Translations under genes and position numbers: made by a program
Assembly (NCBI GenBank): GCA_041740355.1
Contig: JBGSMD010000019.1
Coordinates: forward strand, 1-28,641
Source: Bdellovibrionota bacterium
Lineage (GTDB): Bacteria > Bdellovibrionota_C > UBA2361 > CALJRW01
Direction: 5' to 3'
Length of the DNA stretch: 28,641 bases
In this document: piece by piece, positions 1-8,277 of the stretch
Numbering within the stretch: the stretch's first letter is position 1
How the letters are laid out: each line of letters opens with the position of its first letter
Notes under the pieces: generated by a model
What the model was told of the DNA's origin: nothing
Databases searched by the model: none
Seen by the model: the letters and a program-made list of their open reading frames with translations, nothing else

Positions 1-4
1 CTGA

Positions 5-327
5 TTGTGGGATTCGAACCCTGTCCCGCAGGGAAGAAAAGGCCGAATCGTTTTGCTGCAAGCAAAACCTCCCTCTGGTCGCATTTTTAATCTTTTCAAA
101 AGCTTATATCGAATTCTATGAGATATAACTTTTAGAAAAGACGTAGCCACGTCGAAGATTTATCTAAGGCGGGTTAAACCGCGTCGACTTGTCTCGCCAA
201 AGCCCAATTATTGCTACTAAGTGTCAGGATCTTCTGACGAAGGCGGAAGCCAAAAATAATCTCAAGTTGCAATAAAACTTCAAGCGAAGACGGGTTGTTT
301 GCCTTTGTGGGATTCGAACCCTGCCCC
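5..327. repeat. 23-bp direct repeat pair (5-27 and 305-327) containing a reverse-complement tRNA T-arm motif
   Basis: ttgtgggattcgaaccctgTccc vs ttgtgggattcgaaccctgCccc, offset by exactly 300 bp, 1 mismatch. The reverse complement contains GGGTTCGAATCCC. Confidence 0.85.
179..294. repeat. Two nested copies of a ~60-bp REP-like palindromic element
   Basis: Inner unit 188-247 (cttgtctcgccaaagc...gacgaaggcgga) interrupts an outer unit (179-187 + 248-294, cgcgtcga|agcc...gcgaagacggg). Both resemble the reverse complement of the 16094-16154 unit. Confidence 0.75.
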
Positions 328-453
328 AGTCTACCCTCCTCATTCAGTTAATCCATATATTTCTTTATTACTTCAACTATTAAGAAGAAATATCGATTCA
401 ATCTCATTTTTTCTAAGCTCTCTTAATTCTAATTTATATACAAAAGGCACACA

Positions 454-738
454 TTGTACTATAATTTTAAAAAAGTAATTACTTGGGATTTTGCTAAGAA
501 TGAAAAACTTCAAAAGGAAAGAGGTGTTTCATTTGATGATATTATAGTTGCATTGGAAGCGGGACAGTTACTTGATTTGCAGGAACATTATAATTCTGAA
601 CGTTATGCAGGGCAAAAATTAATGTTTGTTCGCATTCATGATTATGTCTATTTAGTCCCATTTGTTGAAGATTCTGAAAAGTGTTTTTTTAAGACAATTA
701 TCCCTAGTCGAAAAGCGACAAAAGACTATTTGAGGTGA
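454..738 (+). CDS. BrnT-family (DUF497) ribonuclease toxin
   Basis: WDxxKNExLxxERGVSF, YVYLVPFVE and FxKTIIPSRKATKxY motifs. The TTG start is uncertain. Confidence 0.85.
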   Translation: MYYNFKKVITWDFAKNEKLQKERGVSFDDIIVALEAGQLLDLQEHYNSERYAGQKLMFVRIHDYVYLVPFVEDSEKCFFKTIIPSRKATKDYLR

Positions 739-744
739 AGAATT

Positions 745-1041
745 ATGAAAAAAAAGAGTAAATTAAACATTGAAGAACAAAAGCTTTTAAAGTCTTACGA
801 AAAAGGCGAATGGAAGTCTGTGAAAAATCAAGCTAGCGCAATCAAAAAATTAAGATCCGCTGCAAAGTTAACTTTAGCTAAGGATGCACGCATTAATATT
901 CGTATTTCGACGAAGTTACTCGAGGATTTGCAGTTAAAGGCAACAGAAGAGGGCCTACCATATCAAACTTTCATTGCCAGTATTTTGCATAAGTTTTCAA
1001 CGGGTCGATTAATTGATGTTCGCACTTCAAAGGCTAGCTAA
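745..1041 (+). CDS. BrnA/CopG-like ribbon-helix-helix antitoxin
   Basis: KDARINIRIS...LQLKATEEGLPYQTFIASILHK RHH signature; starts 6 bp after the toxin gene. Confidence 0.85.
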   Translation: MKKKSKLNIEEQKLLKSYEKGEWKSVKNQASAIKKLRSAAKLTLAKDARINIRISTKLLEDLQLKATEEGLPYQTFIASILHKFSTGRLIDVRTSKAS

Positions 1042-1181
1042 TATTCAATAGTTTATAAAGTTAAATTGAAGTGGTTCTTGACCTTTCCAAGTAGGCTTGA
1101 TAAAATTCATACTATCTTAGTACGCCAGAGCGCTTTGTATCTTCCTACTAAAGTTTAATTATTTTTTTCAAATAAACTTTT

Positions 1182-3032
1182 ATGTGTGGAATTGTAGGAT
1201 ACACTGGTAATAAACCAGCAGTTAATATATTAATCTCAGGCTTAGAAAAGCTAGAGTATCGTGGCTACGACTCCGCCGGAGTTGCTCTAAATCTTAATCA
1301 TAAAATCACCTTAGAACGAGCTGTTGGCCGCTTAGTAAATCTTTCTGTGGCGCTGGCAAAGTCCGCTGCTAAAGTCGAGCTACAAGCATCTACCTGCGGA
1401 ATTGGACATACCCGCTGGGCAACGCATGGTGGACCATCAGAAATTAATGCCCATCCTCATTTATCAGAAGGCTTAGCATTAGTTCATAATGGAATTATTG
1501 AAAACTACCAAGTATTAAGAAAGCAACTAGAATCAGAAGGTTATAAGTTTAATTCAGAAACTGATACAGAGGTTGCGGCTCATTTGTTAAATAAATATTT
1601 AATTAAAGAAAATAATTCTCCAGAAGTTGCTTTGGCAAAACTAATGTCAAAAGTAGAAGGAAGTTTTGCTTTTGTTGCTACTTGTGATCGTAATCCCGAA
1701 CAATTACTTGTAGCACGTCGTGCCAGTCCCTTAATCGTTGGCTTAGGTGAACATGAATTTTACATTGCTTCTGATGTGACAGCAATTTTAGAATATACTC
1801 GCAAGGTTATCTACTTAGAAGATAATGACTACGCCGTATTGGATAAAAATCAAATTGCCATTTATAATAATGGCGAAAAAGTTACTCGTGATACTGCGAC
1901 AATTAAATGGGACCTTACTCAGGCTCAAAGAGGTGGTTTTGAGCATTTCATGATTAAGGAAATTTTTGATCAACCAAAGGCAATTAATGATACTCTTTCA
2001 GGTCGATTGGTGGCTTCTCATGCCGATTTTAACCTCCTAGAAATTGCGGAGTATGCTGCTCAAATTAAGGATTTACATCGAATTAAAATAGTTGCTTGTG
2101 GGACTGCATGGCATGCCGCCCAGGTTGGAAAGCATTATTTTGAAAGAATTGCGCGCATACCATGTGACGTGGAAGTTGCTTCAGAATTTCGTTATCAAGA
2201 ACCAATCTTTCAAAATAATGATTTGTTGATTTGTGTTTCGCAGTCAGGTGAAACAGCAGATACTTTAGCTGCGATTGATTTAATTGGAAGTCAGTGTCTG
2301 ACACTTGGAATTACAAACGTACTTGGTTCAAGTTTATCCCGAAAAGTTAAAGCGTCAATGTTAACTCAAGCTGGACCAGAAATTAGTGTAGCATCGACCA
2401 AAGCTTTTATCACTCAAGCTTTGGTGATGTATCTTTTAGCCTTAAAATTTGCCAAGGTTCGAAGTCAAATTACACCAGAAGAATTAGAGAAACAGCTAAG
2501 CGATATAACTCTGTTGTCATCAACAATCCATGAAATCTTGCAAGCTAATTCAGAAATTGAAGCCTTGGCGGATAAATACCTAGATTATGAAAATTACTTT
2601 TTCTTAGGTCGGGGCGTCGCTTTCCCAATAGCTTTAGAGGGGGCTTTGAAACTTAAGGAAGTAACTTACCTCTCGGCTCAAGGGTACCCTGCTGGAGAAT
2701 TAAAACATGGTCCTATAGCTTTAATATCTCCAAATGTTGTGACGGTTGCTGTGGTTCAGAAAGAAGAGCCTTACTTTAGTAAGACACTAAGTAACTTATC
2801 TGAGGTTAAAGCACGGAATGGTAAAATTATTGTTATTAGTGATGCCAAAGGGCGAGAGGAGGACTTACGCGCCATTGCCGACGATCTGATATTTGTACCC
2901 TTTATTAACCATTTTATTACACCAATTCTTACAACCATCCCACTTCAGGTCTTTGCTTATGAAACTGCTAGAAAGCTTGGAAGGGAGATTGATTGTCCGA
3001 GAAACTTAGCAAAGAGTGTAACTGTTGAATAA
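1182..3032 (+). CDS. glmS: Glutamine--fructose-6-phosphate aminotransferase (isomerizing)
   Basis: N-terminal MCGIVG, LEYRGYDSAG, GHTRWATHG, SQSGETADT, ELKHGPIAL, C-terminal PRNLAKSVTVE. Confidence 0.99.
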   Translation: MCGIVGYTGNKPAVNILISGLEKLEYRGYDSAGVALNLNHKITLERAVGRLVNLSVALAKSAAKVELQASTCGIGHTRWATHGGPSEINAHPHLSEGLALVHNGIIENYQVLRKQLESEGYKFNSETDTEVAAHLLNKYLIKENNSPEVALAKLMSKVEGSFAFVATCDRNPEQLLVARRASPLIVGLGEHEFYIASDVTAILEYTRKVIYLEDNDYAVLDKNQIAIYNNGEKVTRDTATIKWDLTQAQRGGFEHFMIKEIFDQPKAINDTLSGRLVASHADFNLLEIAEYAAQIKDLHRIKIVACGTAWHAAQVGKHYFERIARIPCDVEVASEFRYQEPIFQNNDLLICVSQSGETADTLAAIDLIGSQCLTLGITNVLGSSLSRKVKASMLTQAGPEISVASTKAFITQALVMYLLALKFAKVRSQITPEELEKQLSDITLLSSTIHEILQANSEIEALADKYLDYENYFFLGRGVAFPIALEGALKLKEVTYLSAQGYPAGELKHGPIALISPNVVTVAVVQKEEPYFSKTLSNLSEVKARNGKIIVISDAKGREEDLRAIADDLIFVPFINHFITPILTTIPLQVFAYETARKLGREIDCPRNLAKSVTVE

Positions 3033-3256
3033 TTAGTCTATATTACTCAAATTTGGGTTAAATCATCTGCAAGGGTCATTTTGATTAAAACATTAAAGGT
3101 ATAAAAAGAAGTCAAAAGGGCTACTTTCTTAATAATTTCACAAAAATAAGCACAAATCTAATTTTTTTTGCATAACAATTGCACTAAGCTTAAAATAGTT
3201 CCCGTAAAGTAAGTTAAATATTAATAATTTGTAGTTTATAACCGATAATTAACTTG

Positions 3257-4120
3257 ATGAGATTTTTCCACCGACATTCAATTGTATCTTTGCCCAGTTC
3301 TGCTGTACCTCAACAGCCTAGCGACTCTCTTCCTTCTATTGAGACAACTGACTTGCCGACTAGAGTTCATACAAAAATTGAGAAACCAGTAACCTTAGGT
3401 TCAAGTGAAGGTCTTCCTGAAAAAGTTGCCCAAAGAGCAGGGGATCTTAAGAGCACAACAGCTACAGCCATAGTAGCCAATCAGCCATCTGCTGAGCCAT
3501 TAAACAGGGGAAGATCTGAATCACCACTTGAAATTAATATTATTTATAAATCGAAGTATAGTTTGTTATCAAACTTTGCTAGGACTCCCTTTCAGATGGA
3601 CACTGAGTCAACCTTTATTAAAATTGGCCATAAGGTCACCTTTGGTTCGATTGAGGCGTTTGTTCAAGCGATTAAATTTCCTTGTCCAGGGCAACTAGTA
3701 AGTACTGGTGTACAGACAGATCGAGAACACTTTATGAAAGAACTGGGGATGACTACGCTAGCTGAGTATTCTAAGTATTGGCACCAAATTGCAAGCCTTA
3801 GTGGAAACGAGGCGCGACATTACCGTAACGTATCTCAGGCTGTACGGGCTAACTCCGATGAACATGATAATAAGTATTTTTATTTCTTTAATCAAAGATT
3901 TGAGTACGCTTCAGATGTACGGTTGCCATTAATTGAAGAAGCCTTGAGGCAAAAGTTTTCGCAAAACAGGCTTGCTTGTAAGCAATTAATCGAAACAGGT
4001 AATGCTAAATTAAAACATGAACTGCCAACAATCAATTTACACCAAACAATCCTTTTGCCAGAAGAGTTTTCACGTCTTCTAGAGAATCTAAGAAACGAGT
4101 TTCTTGACCGGAAAAAATGA
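3257..4120 (+). CDS. NADAR-superfamily protein (T4 gp30.3-like) with a disordered Pro/Ser/Thr-rich N-terminal extension
   Basis: LSNFARTPF, FGSIEAFVQAIKF, KFSQN...LIETGNAKLKH, TILLPEEF..LLENLR. ATG at 3257 is preferred over TTG at 3254. Confidence 0.7.
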   Translation: MRFFHRHSIVSLPSSAVPQQPSDSLPSIETTDLPTRVHTKIEKPVTLGSSEGLPEKVAQRAGDLKSTTATAIVANQPSAEPLNRGRSESPLEINIIYKSKYSLLSNFARTPFQMDTESTFIKIGHKVTFGSIEAFVQAIKFPCPGQLVSTGVQTDREHFMKELGMTTLAEYSKYWHQIASLSGNEARHYRNVSQAVRANSDEHDNKYFYFFNQRFEYASDVRLPLIEEALRQKFSQNRLACKQLIETGNAKLKHELPTINLHQTILLPEEFSRLLENLRNEFLDRKK

Positions 4121-4648
4121 TTCCTTTAGATTTAGTTCAAACGGAATTGTTGTATCATGAAGACTATCCCAATTATCAATAATAATCCTAGATCGATCCT
4201 TAGTTACATGCCAATGGGCAGTTCCAGACATGCCATGCTCATTTACTAAGCCCGCATCAAATAAAATTTTAAAATCCTTCAATATATTCTGGCTAGCATC
4301 TTGGGTATATAATGTCGTTGGATTATTAAATGGGGCTAATTCTTTGATTGGAGTCCCCCAGTTTAATTCTATAACTGAATATCCAGAACTTGTATTCAGG
4401 ATTTTAATGTCAATTGGTGCCGAGGTAAGTTTTAGTTTTATAGCTATTAGATAGTTATCGGCAATTAGTTTTGCTTGTGCATCAGGGTAAGTAGCAAAAG
4501 TGCGAGATCCAACAAAATATCGGTAGGAAGCTCGTCCGTCGGCTAATTCTACTTCGGGTAGGGATTTTAAAATGCTTTGAATTTCAGATATTGAACTAGC
4601 ACGGCTTAGTTTTTCAATTGGGTCTGAATTTTGTATAAATAAACTCAT
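4088..4648 (-). CDS. Hypothetical protein, possible degenerate protein-kinase-like fold
   Basis: 186-aa ORF starting 9 bp after the stop of the upstream minus-strand gene. LFDAGLVNEH...RIIIDNW weakly echoes kinase LHxxGLVHxD...IIIDF. Confidence 0.55.
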   Translation of the reverse strand: MSLFIQNSDPIEKLSRASSISEIQSILKSLPEVELADGRASYRYFVGSRTFATYPDAQAKLIADNYLIAIKLKLTSAPIDIKILNTSSGYSVIELNWGTPIKELAPFNNPTTLYTQDASQNILKDFKILFDAGLVNEHGMSGTAHWHVTKDRSRIIIDNWDSLHDTTIPFELNLKESFFPVKKLVS

Positions 4649-4657
4649 AGTTATTCT

Positions 4658-6526
4658 CTAAGAAGCTTTCCCACATCGAGTGGTGTTTTTTACACCACAA
4701 TTATTTGTTAAACAAATAGAGAAAGGTTCTATTGCAGATATATTATTATTAGGTGCCATATAGGGCAAGATCGCGCAGGTTCCTATGTTGCCATAGCCTA
4801 AAGTGCCTGCCATAGTATATAAAATCATTTGTTCTTCACTACTGTAGTGTCTTAGACTCTTTGGGCCAAACTTACTGACAACCTCACAAGGACTAAAGTA
4901 GAAGTTAGGGTCAGTTGTTTCAATGAACGCAAAACCACGAAAATCAGGAGAAAAAGGTTCTTCATGGGGCATCAGGGCAATTGCTTTATCAGTTGTTGCT
5001 AGACAACAGATGGCTAATTGGCCTTTATAAAAGCTACGAATAGCTTTGTACTCATTATAGAGTGATGCGCCCGTCCCAGCAAAGTCATCAATTAATATTA
5101 ATTGAGAGTCAGGATGTTTTCCTCGGACGATATCTCGAGAAATATCTTTAAGTCGTTCTGGACCTTCCACAATTTTTGCATTTTCAATTCCAGCTGAACG
5201 AATATATAGGTTAATCATTAAATGGTAAGATTTTGCTTCGTTTGAATTCGGTACTGTTGGAAGATAAAAAACTATTTCGCGATCCTCTCTGATTTGAGAG
5301 AGGTTTTGTTCTAAACGCTTAAATGATTCGGCAATTTTCAAATTTGAAAAATAATTGATATTTCTGATTAAATAATCTCTAAGCAGATCGATCTCTTCTT
5401 TTGACCCGGGAATATTTAACATTAAGCTCGCAACTTGCTCAACATTAGTAATATGTTTTGGACCTGCTAGATTGCTGGCTAATTCGGCAACCGAATTGGT
5501 ATTTTCTCCAGTTGCGAGGATAATATTATCTCTGAGTTTGTCTGGGAGTTTTTGCAGAGTCGGTTGGGCAATTGTTTCCGCAACTAAAGTTTTAAGAGTA
5601 TGCGAATCGATCTCTTGGTTTGGATGATCTTTTGTTTTTTTTAAGACAGCTTCAATTAACTGAGAGATTTTTTGGGTGATCGTATCCTTGTCTAGTTTTT
5701 CCTTTCCAAATACTGAGATTCCATTCTCTAGTCCGACTGGCAAGATTAATTGAACTCGACGGGTAATAATTTCATTTTGCAAAGTAGGATCCGAGGCGAT
5801 TTTATCAATAGCAATTTGATCCAATATGATGCGTGAGTCAAACTCTAGTTTAGTAGTAAACTTCAAGGGAACGTTACTTGGTGATTTCTTTTGCAAATAT
5901 TTTAGAGATTCACAAATACTACCTTGTCCGACTCGATAGATTTTTGTGAAGTTAAGTTCGGGATGTGTCGCTAGCTGAAATAAGCTGTGAATGGAAGAGA
6001 AACTACTACCAATTGCTAGAATTTGTAGGGCAAGCTCTCGTTGGTTTTCGGGAAAGCTTTTGACGCTCTCTGCTAACATTTTTGAGCTAATAGTTTTGTC
6101 TTGGAGTTTTAAGGCATCATAAAGATTGTGATCATCTAATTTATATCTGGCAATTCCACGATGAGTAGTTTTTTTGATTACTTCAATTTGTTTTTCTTGA
6201 ACACTAGCGGAATTAAGAGATCCAATATTATGTGGACTCAGTAATGCTCGATCTAAATTAAAATCTAAACTAATTCGGGCGAGGATTTCAATCTCCACAG
6301 GAAGTAAGTCTTGTTTTACGGCTTTTTGTAAGACTCTTGTTAGAATTTTTCGATCTTGATTGCTGGTTCGACAAACCTCACTTGGTGTGAACGGCAAAAT
6401 ACCACTTTGATCTTTATAGATTTTTAATAATTCTAGAAATTTAATGTCCGGATCGGGGGTTGGCGGAAGGGTTGCCTGAGGTAAGGCACTAGCTTGCGGA
6501 GCATTTCTAGATTGTGGGTACGGCAT
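4658..6526 (-). CDS. Large protein with a C-terminal type I phosphoribosyltransferase-like domain (PRTase-CE-like)
   Basis: PRPP-loop LILIDDFAGTGASL, then LGYG...ILPYMAPNNN; Pro-rich N-terminus. Confidence 0.7.
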   Translation of the reverse strand: MPYPQSRNAPQASALPQATLPPTPDPDIKFLELLKIYKDQSGILPFTPSEVCRTSNQDRKILTRVLQKAVKQDLLPVEIEILARISLDFNLDRALLSPHNIGSLNSASVQEKQIEVIKKTTHRGIARYKLDDHNLYDALKLQDKTISSKMLAESVKSFPENQRELALQILAIGSSFSSIHSLFQLATHPELNFTKIYRVGQGSICESLKYLQKKSPSNVPLKFTTKLEFDSRIILDQIAIDKIASDPTLQNEIITRRVQLILPVGLENGISVFGKEKLDKDTITQKISQLIEAVLKKTKDHPNQEIDSHTLKTLVAETIAQPTLQKLPDKLRDNIILATGENTNSVAELASNLAGPKHITNVEQVASLMLNIPGSKEEIDLLRDYLIRNINYFSNLKIAESFKRLEQNLSQIREDREIVFYLPTVPNSNEAKSYHLMINLYIRSAGIENAKIVEGPERLKDISRDIVRGKHPDSQLILIDDFAGTGASLYNEYKAIRSFYKGQLAICCLATTDKAIALMPHEEPFSPDFRGFAFIETTDPNFYFSPCEVVSKFGPKSLRHYSSEEQMILYTMAGTLGYGNIGTCAILPYMAPNNNISAIEPFSICLTNNCGVKNTTRCGKAS

Positions 6527-6943
6527 TAAGTTTTAATAAACAACATATATATTATCCACTATTTAAATATTTAAACAAAGATAATTTTTAACTTATAAAA
6601 ACGGAATCTTTATTAATACTTTAGTCGTTCAATTAAATTAATTTACTAGTATTATTTATCCTTGCCAATCCAACATCTAGAACTAAGAATTTAACGATTT
6701 AAAGTTTTAACTAGTTATCTCATCGTGATTAAATCCAATTTTGTTTCCAAGTAATAATATGAGTGAGAGTTGTTATGACTTGTTAGTCAAAAAAATAAAA
6801 AGTCTCATGAGATTAAATGTAATTTTTTGTTATGAATGCTTAACTCTTATCAGTATTTATAGTAAAATTAGGTAGTTATAATTATTTTATATTTTTTAAT
6901 AATTGTATATTGCGGTGGGAGGATTTGTAATCTATAAATCAAT

Positions 6944-6970
6944 AAGTGGTAGAAAGTGGTATTAAGTGGG
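6944..6970 (+). promoter_or_regulatory. MraZ-binding direct repeats / dcw promoter region
   Basis: AAGTGG three times at exact 10-bp period (6944, 6954, 6964), the known architecture of MraZ operator boxes, upstream of mraZ. Confidence 0.75.
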
Positions 6971-7135
6971 AAAAAAGAATCGCCTGCTAAAGCACTTCGA
7001 ACAGGGTAAGCTTTCAATATAACTGGTTTTTGTTGTCTTGAGAGGTTATTGCTGACCCAGGTTTTCTTAAGGTTTTAGTCTCGTTCCCCAAAAAAGTTAT
7101 TTTGGGGAACGGGTTTGGTTTTCAAACACGAAGTG

Positions 7136-7381
7136 TTTGTCTCGTCGTAGTTTCTAAATATCTTCCAGTAGATGGCAATCAGGAAGCGAAGACGGATTGG
7201 TAGGTTAGATATTTTCCAACGGGTTAATACTAAACCGTAGCTTCTTAATAACTTATTAGTTGTTGGTAAAAGAAAGCGAAGGCGGACTAAGTGGGTAGAT
7301 AAAAAGCAAGAAGTCGGATTATCTACATCGCCATAGCTCCTAAACAACTTCTAGTTGTTGGTAATGGGAAGCATAGGTCGA
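7136..7381. repeat. Three degenerate copies of the ~60-bp palindromic element (about 7136-7196, 7226-7286, 7322-7381)
   Basis: Shared pattern cgYcRtagYtYctWaaYaWctt..agtWgWtggYaa...aagcgaagRcgga with 90-95 bp spacing. Confidence 0.75.
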
Positions 7382-7532
7382 CAGGTTTTTTACTAGAAGT
7401 ACTAGTGATTCAGCTTTACTTAATTCCTAGCTAGACTGAGTAAAGTTTTAGGTTTGTCTTCGTTGAGAGAAGTTGCTTTGAGTTCGCTAGCAACCTGTCT
7501 CAACGAAGGTCTTAAGTATTTATTGCCTCCGT

Positions 7533-8054
7533 ATGAAAAATGATCAGGTTTCATCAAAAGGTTTTGACAGAGAAGAAGGTGAGGGGTTTAGCTCCTCGCT
7601 CTCTTTTCGCGGTAATTTTGTAAATTCAGTAGACAATAAAGGAAGAATCAGTCTTCCTGCCGATTTCCGTCGGGTCTTAACGGAAAAAACACAAACTCAG
7701 ATTGTTCTAACTAACTATATTAGTGATGGAGCTAGGTGCTTAGAGGGATTTGCCTTGTGTGATTGGGAGAAATTCGAACAACGATTACGTGAGAAAAGTC
7801 GTTTCAGTGCTAAGTTGCAAAAGTTAGAAAATTTCTACTTAAGTCGTGCGGCCGAGTGTCGGATTGATGCTGCCGGAAGGATTTTAATTCCTAAACACTT
7901 AAAGGTTTATGCCGGTATCGAAGAAGAAGCAACATTCACTTCTTCTATTCATGGTTTCAGGATTTGGGATAAGCGAGTCTGGGAGATGGTTTTTGCGGAG
8001 GCAGAAGCTGCTCTCATGGAGAACCCGGACCTATTTGAAGATGTGGATATTTAG
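7533..8054 (+). CDS. mraZ: Division/cell wall cluster transcriptional repressor MraZ
   Basis: Two SpoVT/AbrB repeats (VDNKGRISLP, IDAAGRILIP); first gene before rsmH. Confidence 0.96.
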   Translation: MKNDQVSSKGFDREEGEGFSSSLSFRGNFVNSVDNKGRISLPADFRRVLTEKTQTQIVLTNYISDGARCLEGFALCDWEKFEQRLREKSRFSAKLQKLENFYLSRAAECRIDAAGRILIPKHLKVYAGIEEEATFTSSIHGFRIWDKRVWEMVFAEAEAALMENPDLFEDVDI

Positions 8055-8093
8055 TAAGACTTGGCCCTTTGGCCAAGTCTTACTAAATATCCA
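8044..8093. repeat. Perfect 23-bp inverted repeat (4-nt loop) overlapping the mraZ stop codon
   Basis: tggatatttagtaagacttggcc-cttt-ggccaagtcttactaaatatcca. Confidence 0.9.
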
Positions 8094-8094
8094 T

Positions 8095-8148
8095 CCCGTC
8101 TAGCTTCTTGATGTCTTGAAGTTGTAAGAGAACGAGAGCGAAGGCGGG
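8095..8148. repeat. Degenerate copy of the ~60-bp palindromic element
   Basis: cccgtctagcttct...agttgt...agcgaaggcggg. Confidence 0.65.
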
Positions 8149-8277
8149 TTCCATCAAGTCCCTAGTCTCAAAAGAGCTTAGGTGTAATGTAAGTATTGTC
8201 TCTATGCAAGTAGAGGATGTTTGCATACTAATCTAGGGGAGGATGGATATGAAGTTGATTTTTAGTTCATATCACTA

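Noticed and set aside
1-90. tRNA gene on the minus strand
   Set aside because: Only a T-arm-like motif is present; no convincing D-arm, anticodon arm or acceptor pairing.
1042-1181. glmS ribozyme
   Set aside because: The leader is only 140 nt, AT-rich, and lacks the conserved core segments I would expect.
3033-3253. Tn7 insertion at attTn7
   Set aside because: No TGT-starting end at the expected distance, no TnsB-site repeats and no tns genes.
4088-6900. Retron with PRTase effector
   Set aside because: No reverse transcriptase and no msr-msd-like inverted repeat noticed.
7075-7347. 90-aa minus-strand ORF
   Set aside because: Its repeated RLRFL/RSYG peptides are just translations of the DNA repeat units.
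7136-7381. CRISPR array
   Set aside because: Units are ~60 bp, degenerate, dispersed at several loci, and no cas genes are present.
6970-7532. RNase P RNA upstream of mraZ
   Set aside because: Hallmark GAGGAAAGTCC and AGAACCCGGCTTA-like segments were not found on either strand.
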